Below, piece by piece: positions 1-13,183 of a DNA stretch of 64,000 nucleotides. The stretch is from contig OZ024740.1 of the NCBI GenBank assembly GCA_964016885.1, forward strand, positions 70,928,001 through 70,992,000, read 5' to 3'. A model generated the notes under the pieces. The model did no database searches. It saw only the letters and a program-made list of their open reading frames with translations, and had not been told where the DNA came from. The stretch comes from Eledone cirrhosa (taxonomy: Eukaryota). Every line of letters begins with the position of its first letter. Within the stretch, counting starts at the first letter, position 1. Position numbers and translations under genes: made by a program.

Positions 1-667
1 CAAAGCAACATCTTATTTTGACCATTGTCTCTGCATTCGTACATTCACTAACAAATTCCACCATATCGCAACGAAATGCTTTTATCTGTGAACATTACAT
101 TTAACGACCTTTTGACGAACACACTCTGTTATTTTAAATATTTATAGTATTCTGGTTGTGTTATATATTGTACAAGTGGTCGTTGTATACCATGAAACGA
201 ATAAAAACATCAAAATTAACAGTTTGGCTTCCTTGTAGGTCTATTCTAATCCATTGTTGATCCTGCTCGTTTTTCTACCACATCAATTAGCACGTACAAT
301 ACCAAATCAATGACTAACTTCAACAAGCGTCAACACAACCGCCAAAATCAACATAGCAGCAAACAACCACATATCTCGTTAAAATGACATATATACTGTA
401 TAAACAAAAGTTTCGACCTGGGATATTATTAAAACTAGGGTTATGACTTTTTGACATTTTGTAAAATAATTATATTCCTGTATCATAATTCGATGAACTT
501 TTGTTAAAAAATAATGAAGGAAGGTTTAATTTTGCTTATTTTTTAAACACCCCAACACGAAATTTCTAAATCGTATATAAGTATAGTAGCTCTATGACTT
601 TCTGGAGCCTTCTATGACTTTCTGGAACCTTCTAGAACTTTTTGAAACCTTCTAGAACTTTCTAAAA

Positions 668-1429
668 ATGTATGATGTGCATGGTGAATGGGTGTGTAGT
701 GAGGACAGGCGGTTATATCATCTTCAGATCGAAAGCAAAGGACATGTTGGGTATACAACTCGAAAGACTGTGAGTTCCAAAACTATTCATCCATCCAAAA
801 GAAGAAAAGTGACCTTGGAGTATACTACAACAGTAACAACAACATCTTCAACTTCCGAATCAGAGATCCAATCAGAGAGTGAGTATGAAGAGTCCGAAAG
901 TTCTGGAGAACAATTTACAAGAAAACGAAAGAAGTATAGCAAAACCAAACTAGTAACATCTTCAAACTTATCAATAAGCAAAGCAACAAATGTTTGTCAG
1001 GAGTTATCTTCAGAGATTGACGTTGAGACACGTTCCCAATCTGGTATTTACAGGTCTAGTATCAAAGAAGCTGTTAAACTTAAAAAAGAAATGAAGAAAG
1101 CACTACACTTAGAAAATTGGTCAATGCATTTTAATGGTAAACGAATTGATGGCCAAGTGCTCGTTTTGAAGAATGAAAGAAGAAAAGTTAAGTAAGAAGC
1201 GTATAACTGTTGTCAAAAGCATAACAGCTGTTCTGGATGAATACAGTTTATGGAAGAGCATAAAAATAATTGTTGTGGACATTACAAAGGTGTATACTGG
1301 GAGCAGGAACAGGATTGTCGTTCAGTTACAAATACTATTTGTTGAACAGAAACTGGAAGAACCAAAATTAATTGGCTGTCAACATTATGTTGTTGACCGA
1401 ATGGATGACAAAATAGAGGGAAAGAACAC
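668..1429 (+). pseudogene. Degraded DDE transposase fragment, hATm-like
   Basis: Two overlapping frameshifted ORFs contain HFNGK (cf. H[F/W]DGK), VDITKVYTG (cf. DTT..NTG) and IGCQHYVVD (cf. C.HH..E/D); truncated by the TA tract at 1430. Confidence 0.5.

Positions 1430-1511
<82 letters not shown>
1430..1511. repeat. (TA)n microsatellite
   Basis: Direct reading. Confidence 0.98.
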
Positions 1512-1514
<3 letters not shown>

Positions 1515-2817
1515 CTTGACCGACCAGTCTGTCGGGCGTCCATTCAGCGGCGGCGCTGGTCACAGCACGCCGTCCATTCCTCTCTGGATCGTGCTTTCCT
1601 CATCCATGTATTCCCAATCGTATTCTTAAAATCGTAACTCCACCCTCGTGGAGGCCTTCCGAGTGGTCGTTTCCGCTCGCGCGGGTACCACTCGGCAACT
1701 GCGCGGGTCCACCGATTATCGGTGAACCGGGCGACGTGTCCAGCCCATCTGAACTTGCTGCGCATATATTCCGTGATGACGTCCCTCACGCCGGACTTCT
1801 GTCTGATGACTTCGCTCCTGATGTGCTCTCTCAACGAGATTCCTGCATGGCTCTTTGAGCCGTTACCAGCCTCTGCTCTTCTCTCTTCGTTGTAGCCCAA
1901 GTTTCAGTGCCATATAACATTGTAGGTAAAACTGTGCTATTGAAGAGGTTGGCGCGGGTGGTCTTGTCCAACCTCCCCTTGAGCACATCCCTTATGCCGT
2001 TGAACGCCTTCCATCCGGCCCTTACTCTCCGCGAGATCTCCCTCTCAATGTCTCGGCGCATGTTTACTTCTTGTCCCAGGTAGACGTATTCCTCCACCTC
2101 CTCTATTTCATCACCGCCAATCACCATTCGACTTGTTGGTACGTTGTCGGACCGAATGAACTTCGTTTTCATGCGGTTCATCTTGAGATCTACTGCAGAA
2201 CTTTTAATGTCGAGCTCCGTCAGCATGGTCTGAAGTTGATCCGTGGTTTCAGCGATGAGTACGATGTCATCAGCGAAACGGAGGTGGGTAATTATCTCGC
2301 CGTTGATGTTGACACCGCCTTGTCAGTCAATGCCTCTGATGATCTGCTCGAGACACGCGGTGAAAAGTTTTGGAGAGATCGTATCTCCTTGCTTCACTCC
2401 CTTCTCGACCGGCACTCGTACTGGTGATGACAGCAGAGCTATGTCGGTGGTGCATCCGGAACTCGCCTCCCTGAGCAGTTGAACGTATTGCACCTCGACT
2501 CCTTGCCTCTGCAGCGAGTTCAGCGCTGCGTTGATTTCGACGCTGTCGAAGGCTTTCTCGTAGTCTACGAACGCGACGCAAAGAGGCATCTTGTACTCTT
2601 TTGCTCGCTCAAGCAGTTGTGTCAGAGTAAATATGTGGTCCATCGTGCTGTAGTTTTTCCAGATGACGTAATAACCTGTTCAGGATTATCTTCGTGAACA
2701 GCTTGTACACGTGAGACAGCAGGCATATGGGTCGGTAGTTCTTCAGATTTTCTCTATCGCCCTTCTTGTATAGCAGGATGGTATTCGACTCTTTCCACTG
2801 TGAGAGTATTCTTCCCT
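1511..2817 (-). mobile_element. RTE-clade LINE, 3' part (RT and C-terminus), frameshifted
   Basis: FVDYEKAFDSV, GVKQGDTISPKLF, FADD (2270-2281 on the minus strand), YVYLG, KFRWAGHVARFTDNRWT...RPLGRP. Confidence 0.92.
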
Positions 2818-4029
<1,212 letters not shown>

Positions 4030-4030
<1 letters not shown>

Positions 4031-4038
4031 TATATATG

Positions 4039-4077
<39 letters not shown>

Positions 4078-4084
4078 GCATATA

Positions 4085-4144
<60 letters not shown>

Positions 4145-4160
4145 TATATATATGCATATA

Positions 4161-4210
<50 letters not shown>

Positions 4211-4214
4211 TATA

Positions 4215-4308
<94 letters not shown>
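4030..4308. repeat. Long (TA)n microsatellite
   Basis: Direct reading. Confidence 0.98.
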
Positions 4309-4313
<5 letters not shown>

Positions 4314-4459
4314 ATACTTTGGGAGGGTCATGTTGCCAATAAGAAACACACGCACCAGTTGCTTTCACTTCAATTTATTATAATAAATTTATAAATTTAG
4401 GAATTTATAAATTTCCGGTTGGTTGGTTGGTTCCACAACCAGATGGTTGTTTATATATT

Positions 4460-4502
4460 GTCAAAGTTCTTTCGTCACACATTCTGTGACCTCTTCAGTG
4501 AC
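4460..4502 (-). ncRNA. Type I hammerhead-like motif (family B)
   Basis: Reverse complement: gtca CTGAAGA g gtcac-agaatgt-gtgac GAAA gaa CTT tgac. Confidence 0.6.
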
Positions 4503-4830
4503 TGGGGATTCTTCTCTTTGTTTTTGTGCCTCTCCTTTGTTCTGTCCTACGCCATCTTGTTTCTAACACACCGAGCATTATAATAAATGTTCGGTGAATC
4601 CATACGTACATATATATATGTGTGCATGTATGTATATATATATACATACTTTATATTTAAGTAACAGCCGTACTAAGAGTGGGAAATGAAATTTCGTTTC
4701 ATTTTTTTCCGTTTATCGTTTTCGGTGCACCCGGCCGATTAACCCACTCGACATGCAAATTGGGCTACTCAGCCGTTAATATGCATAAGGTAAGTAAGTA
4801 TATACGTTCAACAATCTGGCAGGAAGGTAT

Positions 4831-4873
4831 ACGTTGCTGACGATAGCTAATAAGCTTGAAACTAGTACAGCGT
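4831..4873 (+). ncRNA. Type I hammerhead ribozyme (family A)
   Basis: acgttg CTGACGA t agct-aata-agct t GAAAC ta GTA cagcgt; 6-bp stem I, palindromic stem III ACTAGT. Confidence 0.85.
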
Positions 4874-5375
4874 TCCTTTGTCAGTGTTGAACAAACGAGC
4901 AACGATGGTTGCTGGACACTACGGCTTAATACGGGATGTTATGTATATATATATACATACATGCACACATATATATATATGTACGTATGGATTCACCGAA
5001 CATTTATTATAATGCTCGGTGTGTTTGTAAACAAACATCCCGTATTAACGGCTGAGTAGCCCAATTTGCATATCGAGTGGGTTAATCGGCCGGGTGCACC
5101 GAAAACGATAAACGGAAAAAAATGAAACGAAATTTCATTCCCCACTCTTAGTACGGCTGTTACTTAAATATAAGTATGTACACGTACATACATATATGTA
5201 TACAGACGTACAGTAGTATGTATATATATATACATACATGAACATATATATATATGTACGTATGGATTCACCGAACATTTATTATAATGCTCGGTGTGTT
5301 TGTAAACAAACATCCCGTATTAAGCTGTAGTGTCCAGCAACCATCGTTGCTCGTTTGTTCAACACTGACAAAGGA

Positions 5376-5418
5376 ACGCTGTACTAGTTTCAAGCTTATT
5401 AGCTATCGTCAGCAACGT
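5376..5418 (-). ncRNA. Type I hammerhead ribozyme (family A, inverted copy)
   Basis: Reverse complement of 4831-4873. Confidence 0.85.
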
Positions 5419-5547
5419 ATACCTTCCTGCCAGATTGTTGAACGTATATACTTACCTTATGCATATTAACGGTTGAGTAATTAGATGAAACAAGATGGCG
5501 CATGACAGAACAAAGGAGAGGCACAAAAACAAAGAGAATAATCCCCA

Positions 5548-5590
5548 GTCACTGAAGAGGTCACAGAATGTGTGACGAAAGAACTTTGAC
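5548..5590 (+). ncRNA. Type I hammerhead-like motif (family B)
   Basis: gtca CTGAAGA g gtcac...gtgac GAAA gaa CTT tgac. Confidence 0.6.
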
Positions 5591-5794
5591 AATATATAAA
5601 CAACCATCTGGTTGTGGAACCAACCAACCAGAAATTTATAAATTCCTAAATTTATAAATTTATTATAATAAATTGAAGTGAAAGCAACTGGTGCGTGTGT
5701 TTCTTATTGGCAACATGACCCTCCCAAAGTATAACAATATCGGTTTCGACACACGTTTTCAGATAAAGAATCTTGCTAAACAAATTCAGAAGCG

Positions 5795-5858
<64 letters not shown>

Positions 5859-6143
5859 ATGTTGTCTCTGATCGAGACTAAACCGTGCGAAACCATTTTG
5901 CTGATTAGGACAGTGGCTATCTTCAGTAGGCCGTCCTAATAGTGATAAGAAATATTTTATATAGACAGAGAATTCAAAGTAAAAACTGAACTCCGTGTGC
6001 GTTGTTAAGGTAGCTGTAGTAATTATAGTAGCTAGTGGATAGCAAACAGGTAAAGAGAAAAAGCTAAACATAGCTCACCAACAACACCGATGTAGGGAAC
6101 TCAACCGAATATATGAATTTATATATGTTTACTTCAATAATCA

Positions 6144-6196
<53 letters not shown>

Positions 6197-6198
<2 letters not shown>

Positions 6199-6380
6199 AA
6201 CGAGTAGGACCCTGACGGCTGAGCTCAAGCCGTTTCGACGGCTAATTCTGGACATTTTAGTCCAGAATTAGCCGTCGAAACGGCTTGAGCTCAGCCGTCG
6301 GGGTTCTACTCGTTCTACTACCCTAAGTATTGAGTACTTTGGTGCGTTATGGTCCATCTGGTTCCTTACCACATCGTTGT
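6197..6380. repeat. Fold-back repeat family H (near-perfect ~120-bp palindrome plus tail)
   Basis: gaacgagtag...ctggac attt tagtccag...ctactcgttc; homologues at 24975-25027 and 25732-25920. Confidence 0.8.
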
Positions 6381-6664
6381 ATATATAAATTTTAGTACAG
6401 CATTAACGAAGCTTTAGTTCACGGCCAAGCTAACGAATGCAAATTCGGTCTGTAGCTTTAGCACTCGGATGGGGAAAAGTACCCCAGAGTAATAACAATA
6501 CGTTTAGACAGCTTAGCAAATCAAATAGAGCGATCGGCAGTCCAGCCGCATCACTAGAGCAACGAAAATACAGGACTCAGGAAAAGATTTTAGACTGACC
6601 TGGACAAAACGGTGAGGCTGAACGCAAAATATATCATGCATATCGTATAGCACACGATATACAT

Positions 6665-6700
<36 letters not shown>

Positions 6701-6719
6701 TATATACATACATACTAAC

Positions 6720-6850
6720 ATACACACGTACATACATACACACATAGACACACACATACATACATACATACATACATACATACATACATACATACATACA
6801 TACATACATACATACATACATACATACATACATACATACATACATACATA
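6720..6850. repeat. (TACA)n microsatellite (further arrays at 7874-7930, 8531-8612, 20237-20307)
   Basis: Direct reading. Confidence 0.97.
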
Positions 6851-6972
6851 CCAACCCGCTTGGACCAAAGTATGACTGAACAAGGGATGACAATTTCTTT
6901 TCGTTTACAACCTTGCCACCAGGAAGGTGGCCGGTCAAAAAAATATACTCGAAATTAAGAGAAAGAGAAAAC
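6851..6972 (+). mobile_element. Short internally deleted 3' end of an R4/Dong-like LINE
   Basis: Matches 7653-7682 joined to the 3' UTR at 7787-7873. Confidence 0.8.
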
Positions 6973-6989
6973 ATACATACATACATACA

Positions 6990-7873
6990 AATGTTCAAAC
7001 AAGATAAAAAAATTGACCAATTTACAGAAAAAGTTGTGCATGGATACTTGAGGCGTAAAACACAGACCATAGAGGGGATAAACCACTCAAAAGGCCTGGC
7101 ATGGAGTTCCGACAAGTTTATGACATCACACCTTGAGGGATATATCTGTGCAATACAGGAACAAGAACTCCCTACCAAATATCTGCCAAAAGAGGAGGGC
7201 CAGCAGCTGACAATAAATGTAGGCTATGTAAAACAAAAATCGAGGATGTAAGCCACATTGTTGCCAGCTGCGAAAGAATGTCATCTCGCTACTACCTCCC
7301 CATGAGACACGATGGGATAGCTAGAACCATCTGGAACGCACTTCGGAAAACAAAATTAACAACAAACGAGGAAGAATATATTGAGACAGATGGCACTAAG
7401 GAATACTGGTGGAACCTGAAAATAAAAACTGCCACCAAATTAAAGCACAACCGGCCTGATATTGTTGTTTGGGAACACACATTGAAAACGTGTTCTGTTG
7501 TGGAGATCAGCTGCCCACCTGATGTAAACGTTGTCAGAAAAATACAGTAGAAGGAGGACATCTACGGACCATTGATGAAGAGTTTACAAATCCAGTATCC
7601 AAGATACACCTTTAGCTTCTTACCCATCATTATTGGAGCTACGGGTTATATACCAACCCGCTTGGACCAAAGTATGACTGAACTTGGATTTGCGGACAAA
7701 AAGCGCAGCTCCCTAATTCATAGTCTACAAATGGCTGCGATAGCTGGCACCTTCAAAATTTGCAAAACATTCTTGCGATTCAAAGTATGACAATTTCTTT
7801 TCTTTTGACAACCTTGCCACCAGGAAGGTGGCCGGTCAAAAATAATATACTCGAAATTAAGAGAAAGAGATAA
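6990..7873 (+). mobile_element. R4/Dong-clade (restriction-like endonuclease) LINE, 5'-truncated
   Basis: EGYICAIQEQELPTKY, CRLC...SHIVASC zinc knuckle, RHD, HNRPDIVV, VEISCP, PIIIGATG. Confidence 0.88.
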
Positions 7874-7930
7874 CATACATACATACATACATACATACAT
7901 ACATACATACATACATACATACATACATAC

Positions 7931-8530
7931 ATGGTGGCTGCCAACTCGTTTTCGAGTACGGCCACTACTTTATATCCATGTAGGAGAACCCCTACCAATG
8001 CGCTGAACGAGTGTGACTTTTTAGTCCAGCAGGCGACTTGAAACTCTGGTACAAATACTACAATTGTGACAATTATTGACACAGACCCATGGTACCATGT
8101 GATGACAAGGGCAGAGAGATCTCCAGATATAAAGCAATGCCTGTGCCGTGAAGCTTTTATAGTGAGCAAAGGCACTGCACAAAGCCAGTCCCACTCTCTT
8201 AACCAAGATGATATTTACCAAAAAGAAGAACAAGTCAACATCATTGGATACCATCAGAGTTGCAGGTATTATATCAGAGTTTTCCTTCTCCTAGAATTCT
8301 GCCTTGACAAAGGCTAAGGAGTCATCTCTCCCGGTGATTTTGGATGGCCATTGACTCTTAAGAGCTCTTTTGCTCTTTGACAGGTTTTGTTTTTAGTCCT
8401 GCGGGATGTCCAAAGTCACCCTCCTCACCAAGAAACCTTGGTGGGGTTGCCAGTTTAGTCGCCAACGACCCGACCATGAGACAGGTTGTACTGGGATACA
8501 TGTTACCAGTAGCACCAACTGGTGACCTGA
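7931..8530 (-). mobile_element. Non-autonomous internally deleted RTE derivative (~600 bp; 5' UTR joined to 3' end)
   Basis: The 5' part has the RTE/BovB-type ggagaaggaaaactctga UTR motif; the 3' part is a zinc-finger relic ([11 protein letters not shown]) with an (ATGT)n tail; further copies at 19968-20236 and 44818-45418. Confidence 0.8.
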
Positions 8531-8584
8531 CATACATACATACATACATACATACATACATACATACATACATACATACATACA

Positions 8585-8615
<31 letters not shown>

Positions 8616-8616
8616 T

Positions 8617-8770
8617 TATAGTCTACAAATGGCTGCGATAGCTGGCACCTTCAAAATTTGCAAAACATTCCTGCGATTCAAGGGATGACAATTTCTTTTC
8701 TTTTACAACCTTGCCACCAGGAAGGTGGCCGGTCAAAAAAATATACTCGAAATTAAGAGAAAGAGAAAAC
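8617..8770 (+). mobile_element. R4/Dong-like LINE 3' end
   Basis: LQMAAIAGTFKICKTFLRF plus the same 3' UTR as 7787-7873. Confidence 0.85.
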
Positions 8771-8779
8771 ATACATACA

Positions 8780-8970
8780 TGATGGCTGCAATCTCGTGTT
8801 CGAGCATTGCTATCGCCCGATAGAATGTGGCTCTTTAAACCAGCCAAAGATTTCCACCTTCTGGCACATACATGGCAACTGTAGGCTCTTCCGGGACTTT
8901 CCATTGCTTTGTTCTGGCTGTGTTCTCGTGTGTTTTTTAAGCCCTCCCATGCTAGCACATTCCTTGCCAT
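8780..8970 (-). mobile_element. RTE 3' fragment with C2H2 fingers
   Basis: GKECASMGGLKKHTR and [18 protein letters not shown], followed by a catcatgtatg tail. Confidence 0.7.
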
Positions 8971-9224
8971 ACATACGTACATACATACATAAGATACAAA
9001 GCATATACACATACACACATATAACTCAAAACATACACATACACACAAACAATAACATCCACACCTGCACATGCTTGCATACATATCTACCTAGTTGATG
9101 TTGCGTAAATTCCAAGGAGAGAGTCTTGTATCTATGTTAGAAAGCGACTCTCTCTCTATTGGTAAAAAAAATGTGAAATTATAAAACCAGAAGAACATTC
9201 ATACATACAGACATACATGCATAC

Positions 9225-12200
9225 ATGATGATGACTGCCCCCTCGTTATCGAGTATGGCCATTGCACGAGGAGAAAAAAAATTAATAAATAAATAAAAAA
9301 GAAAAGAAAAGAAAAAAAGAAATATATATATATACATACATACATATACATATATACACACATATATATATACATACACACATATACATTAATAACAATA
9401 ATAATAATAATAATAACAATAATAATAACGACATATATATATATACACACACACACGCACACATAAACATATCTATACACACACACACGATAGCAACTAA
9501 CAGCGCTGCGATCGAATGTGGCTTTTTAGCCCAGCCAATGATCTAAAATGTCTTGCACAGAGTCGGCAACCAAGACATTCACTGGGAATAGCCGGCTGTG
9601 TTTGGAGTTCATGTACTTTTGCATGTCGCTTGAGCTCTCCTGCTGATTTACATTCTCTACCACATGTTTGGCAAGCATGATGAGTAGCATCTCCAACAGC
9701 AACCTGGTAGTCAACCACTGGTCTTACTTTATGACTGCGAAGATGACTTTCGAGTCCAGCTTTGCTTGGGCAGGGTCTCGCACAGACGCTGCATGTCAGC
9801 ACCATAGGAGGACCCTTGCCGTCTGGAAGTGTAACAGCAATGCCCTTCCTCATATCCCGCTTTACTTTCTCGTATGCGATTCGAGATGCCTCAAAGGCAA
9901 CTTTTCCCTCATATACAGTCTTTCTCCATTTATTACGATCAGCAGCAATATTTTCCCATGTATCAGCAGAGATGTTAGCGTCTTTCAAAGAGGCTTTCAA
10001 GGAATCCTTATACCTCTTTTTTGGTTTATGTGGCGGTCCTTTTCCTTTAACCAACTCTCCATAAAAGAGTTGTTTTGGTATTCTAGAATCCTTCATCCTG
10101 GCAAGGTGACCACTCCAACGGAGTCGTTGCTTAAGCACAAGAGCTTCTATACTGTCACACATAGAGCTTTCCAAAATCTCGACATCACTGATGTGGTCCC
10201 TCCAGTAAACGCCATGGATCCGTCTGAGACACATCTGATGGAAACGCTCCAATTGCTTAAGGTGGTGTCGATATGTGACCCAGGTCTCGCAGGCATAAAG
10301 AAGACAAGAGAGCACACATGCCTTGTACACCTTTACCTTTGTCCTCCTGCATATGTCTCGCCGACCCCAGAGTCGCCTTTCTAGCTTTCCGAAAGCATCA
10401 CTTGCTTTCCTAATCATAAGTGAGATTTTACTGTCAAGGTTGCTGTATCGATTGACAGTGCTTCCCAGGTAGACAAACTGATCAACCACTCCAAGTCGTT
10501 TACCATACACATAGATATTTGGTTCAGTGTACTGCTTACCAGGGGCAGGTCGGTACATGACGACGGTTTTCTTGAGACTGAAAGTCAATCCTAGGGCAGT
10601 GCAAGCGTCAGAAAATGCATTCAAAATGTGCTGCATATCACTCTCTGTGTGCGCTACAAGATCGCAATCATCTGCATACAAGAGGTCTCTTATGATTGAT
10701 GTAAATACTTTTGTCTTTGCAGCAAAGCGCCTGATGTTAAATATGCTGCCTGAGGTTCGATATCGGATGTAAACACCATGCTCGCAATTCCTGAATGCAA
10801 TACAGAAAACCATTGCAAAGTATATGGCAAACAGGGTCGGTGCTGGAATATCCCCCTGTTTCATTCCATTTTTTACTGAGATAGGCTCCGACATGTTATC
10901 TCCGACATTAACCCAAGCCTTCATGTCGTCATGGAAAGACCTAACTAAAGCAAGGAACTTATCAGGGCAACCAAGTTTCTGGAGAACCTTCCATAATGCA
11001 TCTCTGTTAACAGTATCGAAAGCTTTTGTCAGATCGACAAAAACCTGATACAGATCCAAACCTTGTTCCATGCACTTCTCCTGGAGCTGTGTAGCTGAGA
11101 AGATCATATCAGTAGTGCCGCGTCCAGCACGAAAACCAGATTGACTTTCAGGAAGAACACAATCTGCAATGTGTGTCAGCAGACGGTCCAGAAGCACCCT
11201 ACATAAAACTTTCCCTACGACAGAAAGCAATGATATACCTATGTAGTTCCCACAATCTTTCTGTTACCCTTTCCCTTGTACAAGACCACCATTACTGCAT
11301 CTCTCCAGTCCTCAGGTACGGATTCATTAGCCCATATCCTGCCAAACAAAGAGTGAAGATGTTGCAGGAGTCTCTCACCACCATATTGTAGGAGCTCAGC
11401 ATGTATGCCATCCATACCTGGAGACCTTCCACTGTTCAGCTTCGAGATAGCCACTGCAACCTCCACAAGCGTCGGAGGTTCTGCGAGAGCTACTTTCACA
11501 GGACTTTCTGGAATGAGATTGAGGAAATCTTCACTGACGACAGACGGCTGATTCAAAAGATCATCAAAGTGCTCTCGCCACCTTCGTAGAATTCCTTGTG
11601 AGTCACGAAGAAGTTCTTTGCCATCCTTGCTGCGAAGCGGTGTCACCAGAGAAGAAGACGGTCCATAAACCTCACGCAAGAGACTGTACAACAGCTTACA
11701 AATTCTTCTATATGTACAAATTCTTCTATATGTACATCATTCTCATTAAACCAGTCCTGATGTTTTCTCTGCACCAATCCCAGAACACGCCTGCCTACAT
11801 CATAAACCGACTTTTTAAGGGTCGGCCAATCCTCACCAAGATCTGCAGCCTGCATCTCTTCTTCCAATGTCCTCTTCACATTTTTATCCTTAAGACGAGC
11901 AGCATTCAATCTTTTGGGCAGGGCAACACCAGGAGCCCGGATTTTACGTTTAGTGATTAGTTTCACTTTTGCGCGTACCAGGCGGTGGTCCGCCCAACAC
12001 TCAGCTCCACGAAGAGCACGAACACACTGCACATCCTGTCTGTCACGCATCCTGACTAGGACGTAGTCCAAAAGATGCCATTCCTTAGATGCAGGATGCA
12101 TCCATGTGGTCTTGAATTCGTTGGTAACACACAGATCCAGCTCCTCACACATCTGCAGCAGGAGCATACCATTGTTGTTACACTTTCCCACCCCATGCCT

Positions 12201-12860
12201 TCCGATTATATTCCATGTGTTAAAATCCCTACCCACTCTAGCATTAAAGTCACCAAGCACGATGACTGTGTCTGCCTGAGGGATATTTCTTAAAACACCT
12301 TTCAAGGCATGGTAAAAGGACACTTTTTCTTCATCGACAGAATTCATAGTTGGAGCATACACACTCACCAGGGTAGCATATCTTCCCTTGTCCAGTGGAA
12401 CTCTCATGGACATAAGACGCTCACTAATCCCTACTGGGAATTCCTCTAATTTATTCACAAGTACAGTCTTAACAGCAAATCCTACCCCAGCCTCTCTTCT
12501 GGTTCCTTCATCTCTTCCTTTCCAGAAGAATGTATATTCTCCACAAAATTCTGTAAGATGACCATCTCCAGCTAACCTCGTCTCAGATATAGCCACGATG
12601 TCAAGATCGTAACGTCGAAGTTCCTTTGCAACAAGAGCGGTCCTTCGTTCAGGACGCTCCAAGGAATCCCTGTCAAGCAGCGTCCGTACGTTCCAGCAGC
12701 CAAGACTAAATGCCTTGTTTGGCTCTATTACAATGGCACGATGACGAGCGGGCCCAGGCTGTGATAACCTGGGCCCCTGCCCTTATTGCCAATTATCTTT
12801 TTTGTTCCAGAACCTAAATTGCCAATTATCTCTTTTATATTGTTCTGGAACATCATTGAA
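9225..12860 (-). mobile_element. RTE-BovB-type LINE, near full length (5' UTR probably continues at 18850-19130)
   Basis: WNVRTLLD..RPERRTALVAKELRRY APE endonuclease; RT with VDLTKAFDTV, KQGD and YADD; three C-terminal C2H2 fingers; 3' UTR ending in gtcatcatcatgtatg. Confidence 0.93.
9497..12720 (-). pseudogene. RTE ORF (APE-RT-C2H2 x3), split into three frames
   Basis: ORF track 11643-12662, 11239-11691 and 9497-11230. Confidence 0.9.
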
Positions 12861-12886
12861 TTGAAGAAAAAAAAAAAAAAAAAAGT

Positions 12887-12893
12887 AATAATA

Positions 12894-12940
<47 letters not shown>
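12887..12940. repeat. (AAT)n flanking the 3' end of Tx1 element 1 (also 18819-18848 at its 5' end)
   Basis: Direct reading. Confidence 0.95.
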
Positions 12941-12941
<1 letters not shown>

Positions 12942-13183
12942 TTTTCTTTATTAACCACAAGGGTTCACATAAAGTAGACATTAAGGACAGTACAGGACAA
13001 TACAGGACGGTACAAATGGGCATTTCTGCGTGTAAAAAAACAGAGGTTGAAATAAAATAACAAAGAAAAATTCCCCAATAGGGGGGAGACTTCCAAGGGA
13101 CATTTGTGGAGAAAGCCCATTAAAAGACCACAGTGGCCCTGACCACCAGGGCAAGTACCCTCTCCCAGTTTTCCACCTTTAAT

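Larger units (their letters stand above)
4566..5478. mobile_element. Family A, second subfamily, rearranged in inverted blocks
   Basis: Homologous to 3490-3900; blocks recur on both strands. Confidence 0.75.
4308..5795. mobile_element. Penelope-like repeat family B as two inverted arms (4308-4562 and 5487-5795) with a family A copy nested between them
   Basis: The arms are reverse complements; each carries a CTGAAGA...GAAA motif; another family B copy lies at 45530-45850. Confidence 0.75.

Noticed and set aside
590-666. ~20-bp tandem repeats (ttctatgactttctggaacc) before the transposase relic
   Set aside because: Short degenerate minisatellite with no further support for a function
2658-2705. 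cagatgacg...gaacag resembling a hammerhead core
   Set aside because: It is the antisense of RTE coding sequence (YKLFTKIILNRLLRHL); the core and stems do not fit
8440-8530. Canonical HDV-like ribozyme at the 5' end of the RTE derivative
   Set aside because: P1/P1.1 and an L3 consensus could not be assigned; kept only as an unassigned structure
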